A stretch of DNA of 20,000 bases from an uncultured virus (IMG/VR IMGVR_UViG_3300025011_000036). Its lineage: Duplodnaviria > Heunggongvirae > Uroviricota > Caudoviricetes. Positions within the stretch are counted from its first letter, which is position 1. Each line of letters opens with the position of its first letter. Location of the stretch: IMG/VR virus record IMGVR_UViG_3300025011_000036; one strand, 5' to 3'. The translations under genes were made by a program, and so were the position numbers. The notes below the pieces were generated by a model, which had not been told where the DNA came from, did not search any database, and was given only the letters and a program-made list of their open reading frames with translations. Of the stretch, positions 16,927 to 20,000 are shown one piece after another.

Positions 16927-17046
16927 GAAGTATGCTTCTAGTGCTTCTGCTACTATCTTAGCCATTGCCTTGTTGGTGTCCTTGGAGTGCTGGTCTAATT
17001 GTTGCCTGAGTTCTAGGGATATTTTGGTGTTTAGGACTACTTGCAT
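16912..17046 (-). CDS. 44-aa ribbon-helix-helix protein (not in ORF track)
   Basis: MQVVLNTKISLELRQQLDQHSKDTNKAMAKIVAEALEAYFKALK; RBS AAGGAGG. Confidence 0.82.
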   Translation of the reverse strand: MQVVLNTKISLELRQQLDQHSKDTNKAMAKIVAEALEAYFKALK

Positions 17047-17095
17047 GTGGTTTCCTCCTTCTCCGAGCAATGGGTACCCGGCTGACCTTGTGGTA

Positions 17096-17926
17096 TTAAT
17101 ACTCTGCCTTGATTCCTCTAATGTGGTCTGCTGCTTTTTGCGCTTGACTTGCTGCGAATACTACGAGTTTAGGATCTCCCTTTAATGCTCTCAACCAAGA
17201 TGAGACATAAGATGCTGAATTTTCAAAGGTTGTTTGGTCAATCCCTGCAACTGTGCAAAGCATCGCGGCTCCAATCTCTGCTACTAATTCCTCCTTACTG
17301 TAAGTCTCTGAACCGAATGCTGCTATTCCAGTGATTCCGGTCCGGTTCAATCGCGACTTATGACCTGTGCTATGTACCATTTCGTGGAACATAGTGGAAT
17401 AGAATTCTTCGGGGTTGTTGTAGTCGTTTATTTCTGGTACACTTATCGAGTCGGTGGAAGGCATATAGAAGGCTTTACCTGGCGCGTAGCTTATCGGAGG
17501 GCAATTCCGGTAGGCTACTTTTATTTGCTCTGCTGATTCGATAGGACTATGTTCGTTAGCTACTACTTCTTTGCGCTTGGACTTCATCCCCTCAACTTGG
17601 GTATTGATCTCAAAAACCGTGAAGTATCTCAGAAAGGGAATTTTCTTCTCGGGATCTTCTTCATTCTCAAACATTTTCCAGAATACCACCATTTGTCCTT
17701 TAGCTCCCTTTTTGACTTTGCCACCAGATTCTTTTATTTTATTGAAGGTAGCATATTCGCCGGGTTCGAGTAACATTGCGTTGATGCCGCGATATTCTCT
17801 TTGAGTTTCCCAAGCTACTGCGCCGCATGAATTCCAAGGTTTTCTCCAGGGTATAACGCCTGATTCAAGTTTCTTAATGATGCGCTCAGTTACCATTTCG
17901 TATACGTTTTGTTTAGCTGCTGCCAT
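17096..17926 (-). CDS. ardC: ArdC-family antirestriction protein (ssDNA-binding N-domain + zincin MPTase)
   Basis: YEMVTERII..LE.G.IPWRKPW, YRGINA.LL, FHEMVHSTGH..RL.R, YS.EEL.AE.GAA, Y..SW...LK.D; likely start ATG 17926. Confidence 0.95.
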   Translation of the reverse strand: MAAAKQNVYEMVTERIIKKLESGVIPWRKPWNSCGAVAWETQREYRGINAMLLEPGEYATFNKIKESGGKVKKGAKGQMVVFWKMFENEEDPEKKIPFLRYFTVFEINTQVEGMKSKRKEVVANEHSPIESAEQIKVAYRNCPPISYAPGKAFYMPSTDSISVPEINDYNNPEEFYSTMFHEMVHSTGHKSRLNRTGITGIAAFGSETYSKEELVAEIGAAMLCTVAGIDQTTFENSASYVSSWLRALKGDPKLVVFAASQAQKAADHIRGIKAEY

Positions 17927-17946
17927 ATCAATTCCTTCTTTCAAGT

Positions 17947-17998
17947 TTTTACTTCCGCCTCCACACCCTACTTAAAGGATGTAGAGGCGAGAGCAAAA
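17947..17998 (-). other. 23-bp RNA hairpin upstream of the ardC RBS
   Basis: 22 of 23 positions pair on the minus strand, including 4 G-U pairs; 6-nt loop; no U-tail. Confidence 0.8.
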
Positions 17999-18010
17999 GC
18001 TCCCTGGTGG

Positions 18011-18187
18011 TTACTGCTCAATTTTGAAAGTTATTTCAAGCTGTGGGTTTGCTTTTACTAATGCTTTTTCGTACTCTCGGTACATCATGTTTGCTTTTAA
18101 TGCTGCTTCAATGGTATCTCCGAGATTAAATGTTTTTCCGCTTTCCTTGTGGTATCCGTAGGCAATCCTAGTTTTTGTCTTTTTCAT
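18011..18187 (-). CDS. 58-aa hypothetical protein
   Basis: RBS GAGGAGG before ATG 18187: MKKTKTRIAYGYHKESGKTFNLG... Confidence 0.75.
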   Translation of the reverse strand: MKKTKTRIAYGYHKESGKTFNLGDTIEAALKANMMYREYEKALVKANPQLEITFKIEQ

Positions 18188-18208
18188 GTGGGTTCCTCCT
18201 CTTAATTT

Positions 18209-18315
18209 GAACCTTCCGCATCGTGCCAACTCTTGCCTTGTTAGGCTGTCTCAGACCATCACTCGGCTGAGGGACGCTTTTGTTTGGCTGAGTTGGTAGA
18301 GGATGCTTTCGGTTC
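18209..18315 (-). ncRNA. Structured 5' leader (long interrupted stem-loop)
   Basis: Nested helices GAACC/GGTTC, GCATC/GATGC, CCAACTC/GAGTTGG, GCC/GGC, CTCAG/CTGAG between promoter P2 and the RBS. Confidence 0.6.
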
Positions 18316-18330
18316 GTTGATCTTGTGTGT

Positions 18331-18359
18331 ATTGTATAGCTAGTTGGCTAGTATGTCAA
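18331..18359 (-). promoter_or_regulatory. Cassette promoter P2 (near-consensus sigmaA)
   Basis: TTGACA-N17-TACAAT; spacer has two ACTAGC direct repeats. Confidence 0.88.
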
Positions 18360-18391
18360 GAGGTATTTAGGGATTATTTTTTGGTAAAGAG

Positions 18392-18414
18392 AAGACCACT
18401 TATTTAGTGGCCTT
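18392..18414 (-). terminator. Stop-codon-overlapping hairpin
   Basis: Minus strand AAGGCCACT-AAATA-AGTGGTCTT followed by CTCTTT. Confidence 0.65.
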
Positions 18415-18567
18415 AGTTCGGATGTAGTCTGATATGGTTTGCCCTGCTTCTGTGGCTAGTTGGCGTATGGTGGACCATTCTGTATCGGTCATGCGGATTG
18501 TGCGGTTGGTTGCTTTTGCTTTTATTGGTTTGCGACCGGAGCCGGGGCGTTTACCTCCACTTGTCAT
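18400..18567 (-). CDS. 55-aa AT-hook-like + RHH (MobC-like) protein (not in ORF track)
   Basis: MTSGGKRPGSGRKPIKAKATNRTIRMTDTEWSTIRQLATEAGQTISDYIRTKATK; RBS AAGGAG. Confidence 0.85.
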   Translation of the reverse strand: MTSGGKRPGSGRKPIKAKATNRTIRMTDTEWSTIRQLATEAGQTISDYIRTKATK

Positions 18568-18579
18568 TGTGTTATCTCC

Positions 18580-19143
18580 TTACTTATTAGCGTTATAAAA
18601 GGCGTTTGCAAATCCCTGGGGTGTCATACTGCGTAACATTTTAGTTTTTTCTGACTTGCCACCTAGCTTTTGCAACCAACTTCCTTGACTGCAAACCCTG
18701 ATTGGTTCGACTGGATTCCTTTTCGGCTCATTGAATCTTCCCCACAAGAGAGTTTTCTTTGTGTAGGGATCGCCATAATCACAAGGATTAAATATTAACT
18801 GCGGATCTCCTAGCCATTTTCTAAGTCTACCAACTGGGTTTTCTAGTGCCCAAAATGAAGGCCTGGTCATTGCTATGATGCGTAAACATGCCATTGTGAT
18901 TGACATAGATTTAATGGTTGTTCCGTCCTGGTCCTTCCTATTCCAGTATTGCGCCCCGCTGACACTAAAGTCTGTACATACCGGAGCCGCTAATACTCCA
19001 TAGACATTATCAGGTGGTACATAAGTTAATACATCATGTTTAGGCAAAGTAATAAGCCGGACGTCATATCCGTGATTTTTGTACGGCTTAGACCATGAAC
19101 CAGTTCCTCCACATAAATCAAGGATGATCTTGTCACTATTCAT
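18580..19143 (-). CDS. Minimal DNA (cytosine-5) methyltransferase
   Basis: Motif I ILDLCGGTGSWS, IV AAPVCTDFS, VI ALENPVG, VIII-like YGDPYTKKT, C-terminal RSMTPQGFA. Confidence 0.85.
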   Translation of the reverse strand: MNSDKIILDLCGGTGSWSKPYKNHGYDVRLITLPKHDVLTYVPPDNVYGVLAAPVCTDFSVSGAQYWNRKDQDGTTIKSMSITMACLRIIAMTRPSFWALENPVGRLRKWLGDPQLIFNPCDYGDPYTKKTLLWGRFNEPKRNPVEPIRVCSQGSWLQKLGGKSEKTKMLRSMTPQGFANAFYNANK

Positions 19144-19301
19144 TATTTAGCCTCTACAAGATGATACTTGCCGTCGATGTATTCGAGTAGTTGGGCGCTT
19201 GACTCGTTATCGAATGATTCTCTAGCATGCTTGAGGTTGCCGAACTCGTACTCAAAGGATTCTCCATCTTCAAAGACTTTAACGATAAATAAGTGTGCCA
19301 T
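19143..19301 (-). CDS. 52-aa acidic hypothetical protein (not in ORF track)
   Basis: MAHLFIVKVFEDGESFEYEFGNLKHARESFDNESSAQLLEYIDGKYHLVEAK; RBS GGGAGG; TAATG coupling to the methylase. Confidence 0.78.
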   Translation of the reverse strand: MAHLFIVKVFEDGESFEYEFGNLKHARESFDNESSAQLLEYIDGKYHLVEAK

Positions 19302-19334
19302 GTGTTTCCTCCCTCGTTTTTTTGATCTGATGTT

Positions 19335-19364
19335 ATTATATACCTAATGATATGATTTATGCAA
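19335..19364 (-). promoter_or_regulatory. Cassette promoter P1
   Basis: TTGCAT-N18-TATAAT followed 6 nt later by AGATCAA. Confidence 0.75.
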
Positions 19365-19561
19365 TGTCATTTATCAAATATAGTTAAGTTTATTTTGTTT
19401 TTGTGTTGCTCTATAGAAGTAATGTTTTAAGAGTGCTATTAAGTTATTGAGTAGGAATGCATTGAATTGCTTAGTAGTGGGCTTAAAATAGCATTGTAGG
19501 GCTTGTTGTGGGGTATTAACGATTAGCTTCGACTAACTAATAAGATGGAAGGTGATTAAGT

Positions 19562-20000
19562 ATGGGTGTAAAGTTGACAGTTAAGCAAGAGAAATATGCT
19601 CAAGGGTTATTTACTGGGATGACTCAAAGGGAAGCGTATAAGGCGGCTTATGATGCTGGGAACATGTCTGATAAATGCATTGATGAAGAAGCTTGCAAGC
19701 TATTTGCAAACCCAAAGCTCGCCCAAAGGATTGAACAATTACAGGATGAAGTTAAATATAGGAACATGGCAACAGTAGAGAGAGTGGTTGCGGAATATGC
19801 CAAAATAGCCTTTTCAGACATAAAAGACTTCCTTTCGTTTAAGACTGAGAAGACAATTGTGGACACTGATGACGAGGGAAATCCTATATATGGATACAAA
19901 CAAATAGTAGATGCCAAATCTTCTGAGGAAATAGATGGATCTATGGTGAATGAGGTGTCTATTGGCAAAGATGGGACGTTTAAGTTCAAGCTACACGACA
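19562..20000 (+). CDS. terS: Terminase small subunit (3'-truncated by window; absent from ORF track)
   Basis: MGVKLTVKQEKYAQGLFTGMTQREAYKAAY...A.KL..NPK...RI..L...T.ERV..EY.KIAFSDI...FKLHD; RBS GAAGGTG. Confidence 0.93.
   Translation, partial: MGVKLTVKQEKYAQGLFTGMTQREAYKAAYDAGNMSDKCIDEEACKLFANPKLAQRIEQLQDEVKYRNMATVERVVAEYAKIAFSDIKDFLSFKTEKTIVDTDDEGNPIYGYKQIVDAKSSEEIDGSMVNEVSIGKDGTFKFKLHD

Larger units (their letters stand above)
1..20000. mobile_element. Temperate phage/prophage segment (recombination-replication-late regulator-accessory cassette-terS)
   Basis: Gene order RecT, initiator, SSB, YopX, RuvC-like, dUTPase, ArpU-like, terS; dense overlapping small ORFs with AGGAGG RBSs; no host housekeeping genes. 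Confidence 0.96.

Noticed and set aside
16874..17185. 103-aa plus-strand ORF
   Set aside because: Antisense to ardC and the 44-aa RHH gene, which have RBS and motif support.
17096..17926. Integrated conjugative element or plasmid inferred from ardC
   Set aside because: No relaxase, T4SS or boundary repeats; both flanks are contiguous phage modules.
15671..18549. 25-bp direct repeat as att sites or a DGR TR/VR pair
   Set aside because: It encodes the conserved RPGSGRKP peptide in two paralogues; no integrase or reverse transcriptase nearby and too short for TR/VR.
5529..19143. DUF559 nuclease plus methylase as a restriction-modification pair
   Set aside because: About 12.6 kb apart, on opposite strands and in separate transcription units.
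19648..19989. 113-aa minus-strand ORF
   Set aside because: Shadow of the terminase small subunit on the + strand.

Overview
The whole window is one segment of a temperate phage or prophage of a low-GC Gram-positive (Bacillota, probably Clostridia-type) host. On the + strand, 1-14465 is a recombination/replication/early-middle module: Rad50/SbcC-like ATPase, RecT, MBL-fold hydrolase, AbrB-like protein, DUF559 nuclease, replication initiator with ori-like repeats, G39P-like protein, a frameshifted dCMP deaminase, HNH-like nuclease, SSB, YopX, RuvC-like resolvase, dUTPase, DUF5664 diphosphohydrolase, a stand-alone RNAP alpha-CTD and an ArpU/RinA-like activator. The terminase small subunit starts at 19562. 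The most interesting part is a 4.6-kb minus-strand cassette (14796-19364) between the late activator and terS. It consists of four units, each with its own sigmaA-type promoter and a shared AGAT(C/T)AA start motif. Its cargo includes ArdC, a minimal C5 methyltransferase, an ADP-ribosyltransferase-like protein and unknown small proteins. It also holds three DNA-binding minigenes missed by the ORF track, covarying stop-codon terminators and two long RNA hairpins. I infer a modular, self-repressing anti-defence/establishment island. All family assignments are from motif recognition by eye; no searches were run.
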